The position numbers and the translations under genes were made by a program. Of a stretch of 64,000 nt of DNA, positions 20,610 through 36,098 are shown in pieces (position 1 is the first letter of the stretch; each line of letters opens with the position of its first letter). Origin of the DNA: the human T2T-CHM13v2.0 reference genome, Homo sapiens. The stretch is taken from the NCBI RefSeq assembly GCF_009914755.1, contig NC_060933.1; one strand, written 5' to 3'. The notes under the pieces were generated by a model. The model ran no database searches. It was not told where the DNA came from and saw only the letters and a list, made by a program, of their open reading frames with translations.

Positions 20610-21152
20610 TAGTTCTACTGAAATGTAAGACCATTTCTTAAAAAGTCTCTGAGACAAATGATAAAAAATCATAGTCACTTTCTCACATTGAGTAATGTCT
20701 GCAGTGTCCAGTATGACAGCCAGTAGTCAGAAATTTAAATTAGTTCCCCAGTAGCACCAGCCAAATTTTAAGTGCTTCTGTAGTCCCTCTGTCCACTTTA
20801 TTGGACAGTGTTAATTTAGAATATTTCTGTCACTGCAGAAAGTTACTCTGGACAGCTCTGTTCCAGATTCCCTTAGACTCAATTTTCATTCCATCGTCCT
20901 GTTCTGTAGAGTCTACTGTCTTTTAACAGCCCCACCTCTAGTCCCATCTTCGTAGTTTTAATTGAAGCTTCCCTTATGTTGTGATTCTAAGGTATTAGTT
21001 CTCTTTTCAGTTTCAGTGATTCTTCTTGATTCATTGGGGCATTCATGAAGACTGTCTTGAGAATTGTGGAGTGTAATTCTGATTGTGCTTTGGATTTGCT
21101 ATTCTGGTGGCATTTCGAACTGAACACTAACACTTAAAACATTTTTTTTTAG

Positions 21153-21201
21153 GTCCCCAGAGGCAAATTTTAGACAAATCTTACTATCTTGGGCTTCTTA
21201 G
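21153..21201 (+). CDS. IFT74: IFT74 exon 4 (49 nt)
   Basis: T-tract ag|GT CCC CAG AGG..., (G)PQRQILDKSYYLGLL(R); donor AG|gtatgt; phase matches exon 3. Confidence 0.95.
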
Positions 21202-21451
21202 GTATGTTAAACATATCTTTTCATCCGTATGTTTTACTCGAAATATTGTGTACCTTCTGTCAAAATAGAGTATATAACTTTAATATGAAGTTTTAGCTAG
21301 GCACTTATTAGGATAATTAGGTATCTATTGATTTCTAAAAATTATTTTGTATTCTAACAATTTCTGGTTAATTTGGCTATGCTGTAAAATAAATGTGATA
21401 GTATAATTAGTCTGAGATTTATAGTTTTATGAATTTGCATGTACATGAGCT

Positions 21452-21819
21452 ATATTTTCCCTTAGTTTGTTTGTGCTGCTATAATAAAATACCTGAGATT
21501 GGGTAACTTATAGGAATTTATTTCTTACTGTTCCGGAGACGCAGAAGTCCAAGATCAAGGTGCCAGCAGCTTCAGTGTCTGGTGGGCACCTGTTTCTCAC
21601 AGATAGTGCCGTCAAGGTGTCCTCATGGCAGAAGAGTGGAAGGGCAAAAGGTGCTGAGCTAGTTTCCTTCAACCCTTTTCTAAGGCACTAATCCCATCCA
21701 TGAGGGCAGAGTCGTCATGTCCTGATTACTTCTTAAAGTCCCTACCTCTTAATACTATTGCATTAGAGATTAAGTTTTGATATGAATTTCAGAGGGACTC
21801 AAACATTCAAACCATAGCA
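21452..21819 (-). mobile_element. MaLR solo LTR (MLT1A-like)
   Basis: gaagtccaagatcaaggtgccagcag, ggcactaatcccatccatgagggc, aacattcaaaccatagca end. Confidence 0.85.
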
Positions 21820-21822
21820 AAC

Positions 21823-22649
<827 letters not shown>

Positions 22650-22846
22650 AAGAATAATCTTCTATGTTTTTTTTCAGTAATTAATCTGAAACGTGTTACT
22701 CATATCATTAAAATGTTACCAGCTACATCTAATAAGAAAGGGAAAATATGTATACTTATTTATGTTATATTAATCAGTAAGTTTTACATAAGTATGTATT
22801 TGGTCAGTTGCTACCAATGTGGCCTAATTTTAATTAATTCATAAGC

Positions 22847-23473
22847 TTTTTTTCTTTTTTTTTGAGACGGAGTTTTGCTTGTCACCCAAGCTGGAGTGCA
22901 ATGATGGGATCTCACGTCACTGCAACTTCCACCGCCTGGATTCAAGTGATTCTCTTGCCTCAGCCTCGTGCCTGTAATCTGCAAGTAGCTGGGATTACGG
23001 GTGCCTGCCACCACACTTGGCTAATTTTTGTATTTTTTTTTTTTTTTTTTTTTTTGAGACAGAGTTTTGCTCTTGTTGCCCAGGCTGGAGTGCAATGGCC
23101 TGATCTCTGGCACCGCAACCTCCGCCTCCCGGGTTCAAGTGATTCTCCTGCCTCAGCCTCCCGAGTAGCTGGGATTACAGGTGTGCACCACCATGCCCAG
23201 CTAATTTTGTATTTTTAGTTCAGACGAGGTTTCTCAATGTTGGTCAGGCTGGTCTCGAACTCCCAACCTCAGGTGATCTGCCCACCTTGGCCTCTTAGAG
23301 TGCTGGGATTACAGGTGTGAGCCACTGCACCTGGCCTAATTTTTGTATTTTTAGTAGAGATGGGGGTTTCACCATTTTGGCCAGGCTAGTCTTGAACTCC
23401 TGACCTCAGGTAATGCACCTGCCTATGCCTTTCAAAGTGCTGGGATTACAGGCGTGAGCTGCCGCACTCGGCC
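22847..23473 (-). mobile_element. AluS with a second Alu (AluSp/Sq-like, ~23038-23336) nested in its A-rich linker
   Basis: linker taatttttgtattttt duplicated at 23022-23037 and 23337-23352. Confidence 0.9.
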
Positions 23474-23967
23474 TCATAAACTTTTGTTATATGTCTCTGG
23501 GGATGCATCTCTAAATCAATGACTTTTTCTTATTCTTACTATTTTCCCACTTACTTGTTCTACTGTCCTATCTCCATCTTCCCATTTTACTTCATTTTCT
23601 TTTTGGCACATTATTTGTATCTTCTTTCTCTTTTATTTCGCTTTTGTTTAATCCACCCTCCCATCATGCCCTGAAAGCCCTGTTTTCTTTTATTTCTCAG
23701 TTACCTGGATCCTATTGAGTCTCAAACTCCTAGAAGGCAATAAAGAAAAGTATGGTTTCCCCCCATCTGTTCTCAAAGCTAAGAGTAGTAAGAAAGATAG
23801 TAAGGCCATCAGTTGTTTAGTATCTCTGACATTCAGCCACTTTTTAATCAAAAGAAGGAAAGGAAATATAGTTATTCCTAATGATTGCATTGCCTTTCTC
23901 CCCCAGGATTTGTGCTTCCACATCAAAGAATAGTTCTAGCTATTTGTGTAATTGTCTGGCTCTAGAG

Positions 23968-24180
23968 CAGTGGTTCTCAACTGGTGGTGATTTTGCCCCC
24001 AGGGAACATTTGGCAATTTCTATACATGTTTCTGGTTGTCACAAGTGAGGTTGGAGGAAGTGCTACTGATACTCAGATCCAGGATGCTGGTAAACATCCT
24101 GCAGTGTACAAGATAGTGCTCAACACGAGGTGCTAATCACTGACCCAAAATGTCATTAGTGCTACTGTTGAGAAACTGTG
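23968..24180 (+). mobile_element. MER20 (hAT-Charlie)
   Basis: cagtggttctcaac...ttgagaaactgtg TIRs, 8-bp TSD ctctagag at 23960-23967 and 24181-24188. Confidence 0.9.
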
Positions 24181-24339
24181 CTCTAGAGGGTAGTAGCAGC
24201 TGTGATGATGACAGTTAAGCACCTACATCTGCCTGTGGCTTGTACTAGTTTGACCAGGCTTTCATTCTGGTTCTATTTCATCTTTCTTCATGAATCTATG
24301 TCAGTTTCTCCTCAGTTTCTCATCAGTTGAGTAGAATAG

Positions 24340-24666
<327 letters not shown>

Positions 24667-24815
24667 GAATATACCTCATTCTTAATGAAATAAGCCACCT
24701 AAACTTTCTGCATTCTTTTAGTGAATTTCACAAAACTATTTATATTATTATTACGTATTAATGGAAAGTTTAAATTTTGCTTAACTAGAGTTTTCTGGAT
24801 TAAAAGTATTGCTGA

Positions 24816-24938
<123 letters not shown>

Positions 24939-25080
24939 TGAGTAATAAGTATTCAGTATTCATTCAGTATTTTGTGCTTATAATACTAACTTTGTAGCTA
25001 TCCATATTGTTTGTAATGTTCATTTTCTTATGTATATTTTTATGTACATATTTATGAATGTATTTATTTTATGCTTTCAG

Positions 25081-25141
25081 GGCTGAGACTTTAGCTGTTG
25101 AGATAAAAGAGCTTCAAGGACAACTAGCAGACTACAACATG
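25081..25141 (+). CDS. IFT74: IFT74 exon 6 (61 nt)
   Basis: ttcag|G GCT GAG..., [20 protein letters not shown]; donor ATG|gtattt; follows a 143-nt intron. Confidence 0.95.
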
Positions 25142-25212
25142 GTATTTTATCTTTTCTAAGAGAATTTACTGTTAATATTTTCATTAGTTTTTACTACTGC
25201 TTTAAAAATACA

Positions 25213-26055
25213 TTAGTAGGCAAAGGACATGCACAGATACTTTTCAAAAGAAGACAAACATGCAGCCAACAAGCATATGAAAAGAAGCTCATCATCACTG
25301 ATGATGATTAGGGAAATGCAAATCAAGAGAATAATGAGATACCATCTCACACCAGTTAGAATGGCTGTTACTAAGAAGTCAAAAATAACAGATGCTGGTG
25401 AAATTGCAGAGAAAAGGGAATGCTTATACACTGTTGGTGAGAGTGTAAATTAGTTCAACCACTGTGAAAGCAGTGTGGCGATTCCTCAAAAAGCTGAAAA
25501 CAGAACTACCATTCAGCCCGTCAATCCCATTACTGGATGTATACCCAAAGGAATATAAATCATTTTACCATAAAGACACATGCACATGTGTGTTCATTGG
25601 AGCACGGTTTACAGTAGCAAAGACATGGAATCAACCTAAATGCCCATCAGTGGCAGATTGGTTAAAGAAAATGTGGTACCTATACCATGAAATACTATGC
25701 AGTCATAAAAAAGAAAAAGATCATGTCCCTTGCAGGAACATGGATGGAGCTGGAGGTCATTATCCTTAGCAAACTAACACAGGAAAAGAAAACCAAATAC
25801 TGCATGTTCTCTCTTACCAGTGGGAGCTAAATGATAACACATAGATGGGAACAACAGATAATGGGATCTACTTGAGTTTGGAGGCTGGAAGGAGGGAAAG
25901 GATCAGAAAAAATAACTAATGGGTATTAGCTTAGTTACCTAGGTGATTAAATAATCTGCACAACAAACCCCCATGACAGTTTATCTGTAAAACAAACCTG
26001 CACATGTACCCCTGAACCTAAAATAAAAATTTCAAAAATTTCAAAAACAATAAAA
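25213..26055 (+). mobile_element. LINE-1 3' end (older L1PA/L1PB), sense to IFT74
   Basis: ORF2 C-terminal remnants ([22 protein letters not shown]), 3' UTR aaacctgcacatgtacccctgaacctaaaataaaa. Confidence 0.9.
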
Positions 26056-26879
26056 CATTTGATGAAAAAATATATTTATTAATTTATTATTTAAAATACC
26101 AAATAGTACATGAATACATACTTATTGGGAAAGATGAAACCATAAAAATTACAACAAATAAAGTATCCCTTTACTTTCTGCTTCATTTCCCTCCCCAGAA
26201 ATAACTTGGCTTAACAGATTAATATATATTCTTCCATTGTTTTTTGTAAAATACGTTTACTGACACATACACAAATGCACACATGCTTTTCTCCCTAAAA
26301 TATGTTAAAATAATAATTTAAATAATTTTAAAAGTGGCTAAAATGTATTGGTCCTATCAGTGATCATTGCTTTAAAAACACATTTTTTATCAAGTGTTGT
26401 CATCTTGAAAATTTTGAAATTTAATTATTAAACATACAGATTTCCACCATCTTGATGTTTTACTCGAAATATTGTGTACATTGTCAAAATAGAGTATATA
26501 ACATGATATAGTTCCACTAAAGATGCTTCTACCTGTGGACTTTCAGAAGAAACAGTCCCCCTGGCAATATTGATAACTGCTCAGTCCTTGGGTGATATTG
26601 GCCCCATGAAAATTTCTAGTGTCAGAATTTTCTTTTTTCTAACTCTTTAGTTGCTTTAGGAGCAGTGATGTCTGGATTTAATGAAAAAGTCAAATTTTTA
26701 TCTCACTACCCTTATTAAGAAATAGTGTTACAAGAAACATTCTATCATAATGGTTAGGATAAGATAAGTTATGATATACCTACTTGATAGTGTTACCTTG
26801 TGCTTATCAAAAATTTTGCTAATTATAGTATAACTTTTTATTTTTGTTTTTGTTGTTGTTACTGGTGGTGGTGGTGGGT

Positions 26880-27500
26880 TTTGTTTTTTGTTTTTTTGTT
26901 GTTTTTTTTTTTCAAGACAGTCTTGCTCTGTTGCCCAAGCTGGAATGCAGTGGCTCAATCATGGCTCGCTGCAGCCTAGACTTTCTGAGCTCAATTGATC
27001 CTCCCACCTAAGCCTCCCAAGCAGCTGGGACTACAGGCACATGCCATCACACCAGGCTAATTTTTTGTATTTTTTGTTGAGATGAGATTTGGCCTTGTTG
27101 CCCATACTGGTCTCAAACTCATGGGCTCAAGTGATCTGCCCACCTTGGTCTCCCAAAGTGCTGGGATTACAGGCTTGAGTCATTGTGCCTGGACTATTTT
27201 TATTTTTTAATTTTTTTAGAGATAGGGTCTTGCTCTGTTGCTCTGGCTGAAGTGCAGTAGCATGATTGTAGTTCACTGCAGCCTCAAACTCCTGGGCACA
27301 AGTGGTCTTCCTGCATCAGCCTCCCAAGTAGCTGGGACTACAGGTGCATGCCAGCATGCCTGGCTAATTTTTAAATTTTTTGGAGAGATGGGGACTTGCT
27401 GTGTTGCCCACAATGGTCTTGAACTCCTGGGCTCAAGTGATCCTCCTGCTTCAGCTTCCCAAAGTGCTGGGATTATAAGCATGAGCCATTGCACCCAGCC
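26880..27500 (-). mobile_element. Two tandem AluJ (~26880-27194, ~27195-27500)
   Basis: ctcctgggctcaagtgatc AluJ features; (GTT/GGT)n tail derivative upstream. Confidence 0.88.
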
Positions 27501-27619
27501 CTCTTATAATTCTTAAATTTCCTGGACTACACAATTCATCACAAACATTTTGTAGAGCCCATTATTCACTGGGATTTTCTTTAGTAAATGATGTTCTGTT
27601 TTAAATGTGAGCAAAATAG

Positions 27620-27967
27620 TTTTTTTTTGTTTTTTTGTTCTTCTTGAGATGGAGTCTCGCTCTGTCATCCAGGCCGGAGTGCAGTGGCGTGATCTTGGCT
27701 CACTGTAACCTCCGCCTCTTGGGTTCAAGTGATTATCCTGCTTCAGCCTCCTGAGTAGCTGGGATTACAGGCGCTTGCCACCAGCTGGGATTACAGGTGC
27801 GGTCCTGAGTAGCTGGGATTACAGGTGCCTGGGTAATATTTGTATTTTTAGTAGAGAAGGGGTTTCACCATGTTGGCCAGGCTGATCTCAAACTCCTGAC
27901 CTCGTGATCCACCCGCCTCAGCCTCCCAAAGTGTGGGGATTGCAGGCATGAGCCACCGCGCCCGGCC
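27620..27967 (-). mobile_element. AluS with internal triplication
   Basis: dimer about 45 nt longer than consensus; agctgggattacagg occurs three times in the right arm. Confidence 0.9.
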
Positions 27968-28513
27968 GAGAAAAGTAGTTTTTAAAGGTATGAAATGACA
28001 TGAGATGAAAGGGAGTTTTAGTTATGCTGGAACAAATTAGGCATATTCATATAAAAATACTACCATATAAAATATGCTATTTATAGATTTAATGAGCTAA
28101 TATCTGATACAGAGCAGTTAGCTGTGTATCTGACATATAGTTAGCACTCAATAAATGTTAGGCCTTATTAGCACTTATTATTTATATCATAAATGAAAAA
28201 TGTGATATACCTTACACCCAAATAGTTTGCTTTTAGTAGACCTTCTGTTCACATTCTGGCTCTATCGCTTGCTAAATTTCTTTTTCTGTAAAATGTGTAC
28301 AATCATATCTACTTCATACAGTAATTGTAAAAATTGAGTTAACACATATGTAATAGTGTTTGACACTAGGTAAATATCCTATGTTGACAACTGATATCCT
28401 TGCCTAACTTTTTGAAGTAGACTTACTACTGTTCCATCTGTGCAAGCCCTGTTGATTTTTTTTTAATTATTAGAAGATAAAGAATATCTTTTTATGTTTT
28501 TACTAGTGTAAAT

Positions 28514-28828
<315 letters not shown>

Positions 28829-29246
28829 TTACTAGTGTAAATTTGTAAATCTACTAACATTCCTCTCTCCTTGGGGATGTTGGCAGGGGAAGAGAGGGTG
28901 ATAGATCTTTCCAAAACTCTCGTCTGTTCCAAACCCTTATTTATAAGCTCAGCCATCTTTTCAGAGCAGGCAAAGCTCCACAAGATATAATATTCAGGAA
29001 GAGTTGTTTATTACTGCTCATTTATCCATGTTAAAAATGTGATTTGTTTATTGGCCAGGTGCATAATATATGCTTACTTAGGTAGCTCAATATTTGTTTT
29101 TATCTTAAAATAGAAAATATTCAAAAGTATTAATACTTAAGTTACTACTCATTATTTGTAAGACTGAATACCTATATTATTAATTATAGAGAACATGTGT
29201 AAAGACTAACAAAATGGTGTTTGTTTGTTTGTATTTTTGTTTTTAG

Positions 29247-29306
29247 TTGGTAGATAAACTTAATACCAACACTGAAATGGAAGAAGTAATGAATGATTAC
29301 AATATG
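29247..29306 (+). CDS. IFT74: IFT74 exon 7 (60 nt)
   Basis: tttag|TTG GTA GAT..., LVDKLNTNTEMEEVMNDYNM; donor ATG|gtaaga. Confidence 0.95.
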
Positions 29307-29765
29307 GTAAGAAAATTTATAAAAGCAAATTGATCTATGTAAGTCATATCCTACAAAACAAAGCATTTATATCTAGAAATAGTTTGATAAAACCTTAAGT
29401 GCTATAGAGGTGAATATTACTCTGATTGTAAATACCACTATTAGGTATTCCTTGAGCTCCCTTAGTTGCTCTTTTAAATTTTCTTCCTGTTGATTGGCTT
29501 TCCTAAGTGGGTGTTTAGTGACTGTCTACTGTGTTTGAACTGGTGTCACGTGCAACATTAGTTAGGGAGTGCCATCTCCATTTCCTTATATATATTAGTT
29601 TACAGTATTTCTGGCTTAGTTTAAGCACAAATGTTGATGAATACTCAATGTGACAAATGATAACTTTACATAGTTTTTGTCACCAGTGGAGAAAAATGAA
29701 TAGATATGACTCCAGACATAAAATATTAATTTTTGATTGGTAAATGAGAATCTGTGTTTAACATG

Positions 29766-29950
29766 GACATAACACTGGGGACTCCAAAAAGGGGGATGGT
29801 AGGAGGGCAATAAGGGTGGAAAAATTACCTAGCAGGTACAGTGTTCATTATTTGGGTGATGGGTTCACTAGAAGCCCAAACCTTACCGTTATACAATATA
29901 TCCATGCAACAAACCTGCACATGTACCTCTGATTCTAAAATAAAAACAAA
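29766..29950 (+). mobile_element. LINE-1 3' UTR fragment (L1PB-like)
   Basis: gggtggaaaaattacct...aacaaacctgcacatgtacc...taaaataaaa. Confidence 0.8.
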
Positions 29951-30250
29951 TTTGTATTCAATGTTCTTAGATTAATTGTTTGGTAGAAAACAATAAAATA
30001 TGTTAATAGCTAGCTTATTTTGATTATAAGCATTTGGATGAAAATAACATACAATTTATAATTTATATAGTTTATAATTTATTTACATGAGTAAAGACTG
30101 TTCTATGAAGACATAGGATTGATAAAATGACTCTTCTAAATTTGGGGTTCTCAAACCATGATAATTTAGTTACTTTTAGCTTTAGAACACAAGAGAATTC
30201 ACTAATTAAGAATCTTATTTCAATGCCAGATATAAAAAGTAAAAACCTTA

Positions 30251-31525
30251 TGTGTTTTGTCAGTTGTTTGGGATGGGGGGTCTGTTTTCTAGGCTGGGTG
30301 TGCACAGGTAGAGTTAATTAGGTGTACTCAGATAATATCCTGAATGGTTCAGGAATAAAACTTGTGGTGGTTCTAAATTTAACATATTACTAATCAAATA
30401 TTTATTGAACACTCAATATATTCTTTGAATGCTGTTTACATAAATTGAATTTACATTGAATTATTTGACAGATCACTGAAGAACAATGAATATTTTTGGT
30501 ATAAGATTACAATGCTTCTTAAAAAGACTTTTTAAAAATCTGATATTGTTTGTTAAATGAGGCAATTACTTTATTTTTCTTCTTAAACTTTGTATGTGGC
30601 ACTAGGATAATTATAGTAATTTCTCATTTAGTTCCTAGCCAAAATAACCTACAAAGAAAAAATTTGGTTTAATATTTATTTCTTACTAACTTATGTGTTA
30701 ACTTTATTCAGCTTAAAGCTCAAAATGATCGAGAAACACAAAGTTTGGATGTCATATTTACTGAAAGACAAGCGTAAGTATAGCTAATTTAAAAATTAGA
30801 TTCATAAGTAAGCTTTATTAGGTAGTTTAAGTTGTGATCCAGTTATTTCCTTGTAAATTTTCTTAACAATTTCCCCATTGCCTTTTTCATTTAAAAATAT
30901 TTACAACACAAATTTTGTTGCTTATACTTGTTATCTTCATTTACCATTAAATACCTAAATTCTGTATAAAGACTATTGCTACATAGCTTATATAAATAGG
31001 ATTTATGCTGCTAGCAGCTGAACACTTATGATGGATAAGAACATCTTTATATCTACTATTTTTGGTTTTAACCTGGGCTTTTAACTAATTTGAATTTTGG
31101 TGTTTCATCCCCAATCTAGTGAAAGACACATTATTCATTAGGAAGCTATTTACATTATTTCATTAGCATTGATATTTAATAGTTATATTAGCAATCTACG
31201 TCATATATAGATTGTATGTGTGTCTTTATATATAACCTATCTAAAGACTAAATACCAACTAACGCTGGAAATAACGTAATTGTGGCAGTGGGAGTAATGC
31301 CTACAAAGATAATAATAGATGTGATGTAGTTAACTTATTTGTGTTTTGTCAGTTGTTTGGGATGGGTCCATATTCTAGGCTGGGTATGCACAGGTTGAGT
31401 TAACTAGGGATACTCAGATAAAATCCTGAATGATTCAAGAATAAAACTTGTGTTGGTTCTAAGGTCAAAAAGTTGATGAAGAATAATTAATTTAGAACCA
31501 ACACAAATTTTATTCCTGAATTATT
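30251..31525. repeat. ~125-bp direct repeat (30251-30376, 31340-31462) plus a 37-bp inverted partial copy (31489-31525) around IFT74 exon 8
   Basis: tgtgttttgtcagttgtttgggatggg...ttctaggctgggt.tgcacaggt.gagttaa.tagg..tactcagataa.atcctgaatg.ttca.gaataaaacttgtg.tggttctaa in both copies. Confidence 0.92.
30712..30773 (+). CDS. IFT74: IFT74 exon 8 (62 nt)
   Basis: perfect branch consensus TACTAAC at 30684-30690, ttcag|CTT AAA GCT CAA..., [20 protein letters not shown](A); donor GC|gtaagt. Confidence 0.95.
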
Positions 31526-31819
31526 TATTCTAAGGCAACACAAACACAATGAGCTATGTTGTGTAAACACACATACAAGCACATTCTCTCCCAGAAATTT
31601 GTTAATATTAGTCTCTTTGAGAGCAAAGACAATAATAAACCCAAATTACCATATTCAATTACCAAAATTCAGTAACAGCAAATACACTCTCTTGTTACCT
31701 CTGCATAAAACAGTAAATATTTGATGATGGATAGATGTTAAAATATACTGATAAAACATTTGAAAGATAAATGTAATTCTTCTATTGATTAAAAACAAGA
31801 ATCTCTTTTCCCCTGCCTT

Positions 31820-32096
31820 TAAGTAGAGTTTTGCTCTGTTGCCCTTGCTGAATTGAAGTGACATGCTCATGGCTCACTGCAGCCTTGAACACCTGGGTTC
31901 AAGCGATGTTGCCTCAGCCCTCCAAGTAGCTGAGACTACAGGTGCATGCCACTATGTCCAGCTAATTTTTTGTTTCTTGGGGAGACAGGGTCTTATTACG
32001 TTGCTCAGGCTAGTCTCAAACTCCTGGTCTCAAGCAGTCCTCCTACCTTGGCCTCCTCAAGTGTTGGGATTACAGGAGTGAACCATTATACCCGGC
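31820..32096 (-). mobile_element. AluJ
   Basis: diverged dimer. Confidence 0.85.
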
Positions 32097-32327
32097 CACC
32101 ATCTATCATTTGCTGCTGCTGTAAAGTGGTATCTTATAAACTCAAAATACTAGCAGTCTTTTTCCTTTTACAAGGAAAATTTTGTTCATGGTAACCACGC
32201 TCTTACTTGAAAACGTTCCTTTTTTTTTTGTTATCCTGGTTTTAATCCATTTAGCAAATATTTATCATTTACTATATATAAGATACTCTCTTAGGTACTT
32301 CAAAGAATAAGAAATATATAAGCTATA

Positions 32328-32625
32328 GGCCAGTGTGGTGGTTCACACATGTAATCCCAGCACTTTGGGAGGCCGAGGCGGGTGGATCATGAGGTCAGGA
32401 GATCAAGACCATCCTGGCCAACACGGTAAAACCATATCTCTACTAAAAATACAAAAATTAGCTGGGCATGGTGGCACGGGCTTGTAGTCCCAGCTACTCG
32501 GGAGACTGAAGCAGGAGAATCACTTGAACCTGGGAGGCAGAGGTTGCAGTTAGCTGAGGTCGCGCCATCGTGCCACTGCACTCCAGCCTGGTGACAGAGC
32601 GAGACTCCGTCTCAAAAAAAAAAAA
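32328..32625 (+). mobile_element. AluSc-like
   Basis: TSD agaaatatataagctata. Confidence 0.92.
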
Positions 32626-32843
32626 TAGAGAAATATATAAGCTATAATCCCCTGAAGGCCTTAAAGAGTTTAGAACATTTAAGTTCTCATTTATTTCATC
32701 ATTTATCTCAAAGTTATATAATACCTAGGTCAGGTTTTAAATATTATATTTACATATTTTACAGATATTTCATCTGAAAACATAATTTCAAGAATAAAAG
32801 TTAAAGAATGTCATAGATTTTTACATCTATTTGGTTTTTTTTA

Positions 32844-33291
<448 letters not shown>

Positions 33292-33739
33292 AGTATTGTT
33301 ACGAAGGTTACTTTTCTATACAGCAGTAGAATAGATTTATTTCTTGTGTTAACCAGATGGCCAACGTCTCAATAACACAAAGATCTATCTTGACTCTACA
33401 CAGAGTGACCAAGAAATGCCATACCTCGAGAAGGCAGGTGTAAAAAGCTTCTGTTTTCATTCTCTTCTCTTTCAATACAACCATTTAGTGTGGTCTGACC
33501 ATCTGGTTTATTATGGAAAACTCATCTATAAAAAGTTGGTTATAATAAACAGCCTCAATATATTACAACAACAATATGTAAGACACCTGGCATTAATTCA
33601 GTTTCACAGTCTTGCTTGAACTAATGATTCTCTTCTAATCCTGCACTTTCTAGTTAATATTAGTCAAGATCAGTTGTCCTGTAAAAATATATGTAATTAT
33701 AATTTTATACCCATTTATTTTTCTTTGTGTAGTCAGATA

Positions 33740-33745
33740 TTTATT
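33740..33745 (-). terminator. LRRC19: Candidate LRRC19 polyadenylation signal AATAAA (3' UTR about 33720-36098)
   Basis: tttatt on + strand; position fits my recollection of the gene end; other AATAAA/ATTAAA hexamers lie closer to the stop. Confidence 0.45.
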
Positions 33746-34652
33746 GAATACCCCATATTCAACAGAGGCCCTTGAATATAAAAGCTTAAGTGTAGTCTTT
33801 GCTCATTTGCAATTATATTTCATTTTGCTACATTTCTCAAATATTAATATTTGCATCTTATAATTAGGAAATAATTTAGCAGAATGATACATTGTTTAGA
33901 AAAAGATATTTTATGTTCCTATAATCATCTCATTCTTATAATTAAGGTTTAAAACAAAGTATAATTGATATATAAAGAAACATTAGCCATAATATACTTA
34001 TATCCTTTGTTGAAAACATGTGTCTGTAAACACAAGCAAATATGTATTATAAATTAGTAAGTTCTTCTATTTTACAGGTATATCATCCTAGTTTTTATTT
34101 TCTCTCAGTAGACATTTGTATTGAATTTACTAATTATGTAACTTTTAAAATGACTATTCTATAGATTATGACATAGATCTATTTTATTTTAGCCTCTTTT
34201 TTCTAAGGAATTGTCAAGTACATACAAATTTTTAAAACTTTATTATATACATAAACAATTTGAACATACACAGAAATAGCATACTATACCATACACAACA
34301 TACACAGAAGTAGCATATTATACCCTTATTTAGCTCCCAGCTCCATCAGCTCATATTTGACCTTGCTCCATCCATACCTCTAGCCACTGTTCCATTCCAC
34401 GTGTTATAATGAAGAAAATACCAGAAATATTATTTCACCCATCAATATATTTCATTATTTCAGAGATATACATATTTGTAAAAGATGTAAATTCTTAATT
34501 TCTCTGCATATGAAGGTAAAAATTATAGATTGTGCTACAGTTTTTAATGTACTGTTTGCATTGATAAATTATTAAATTGTGATTATAGCCAATTGATTAT
34601 GAGGACTCAGCAAATAATTTTCTTTAGACCCTTCCTATTACAGCCGATAGGC

Positions 34653-35276
<624 letters not shown>

Positions 35277-36098
35277 CTCTATCTACTGAATAGATAGAAA
35301 TAGCTGTCCATGGACCACATGAAGATTCCTTAGTGTCAGCACAGACCAATTTGAATAAAAATCTCCCAGAGAGAGGTAGAAATATGTATTTTTAAAACAA
35401 GATTTATAGATAATTGTGATGCCCACTTTGGAAGCCAGTATGACATTAAACTGTAGTGATCCTGCATTATGGTGACAGCCTTTCTTTATAACCAGAATCA
35501 ATAGTGACTTATTAGGGATTATGCCTGAACATTGTGCTTGTGCTTTAAATTGCTATGAAATTTTAAGGAAATTTATTGTGCTATTTCAGGAAGCATTTCA
35601 AAAAAATATTTTCCAACTCTATGATTTTATTCTGGGAGCATAAAATCAATCTTAGTGTATTATTTAAGCTATCTCTGTTCCTCACTTTGACTTCCATATA
35701 TTAATAAATCCTAAACTTTTATTTCTTTACTGATTGAAACATTAGTATAACTTAATACATATTATGTCAAATACCTGTGTTAATATGAGAATCCATTCAT
35801 TTTAATTCATGAATAATTTAGACCTTTTTACTAGTTCGTATGGTCACCCAAGCACTGCTAAGAATAGTAGTGCTAGTATTGTAGACTATGTAACTGTCAA
35901 CTACCGAGGAGTGTCAGTTACTGTATTTGAACCTGCTTGCTCAATATAATGCAAAGAACATAATTTTATGATATTCATGTATGTTGTCATTAATATGAAT
36001 GCCTGCCAGCTGTATTTTGTTATGTCACATAGCAAAATCTCCATATCTAAACTGAGTGAGCTGATAACTTTGCTTTAAAAAGCAAACTTTGAAAGAAA

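Noticed and set aside
23038-23336. Alu-in-Alu nesting as a novelty
   Set aside because: Insertion into the A-rich linker is a well-known target preference; recorded as a feature only.
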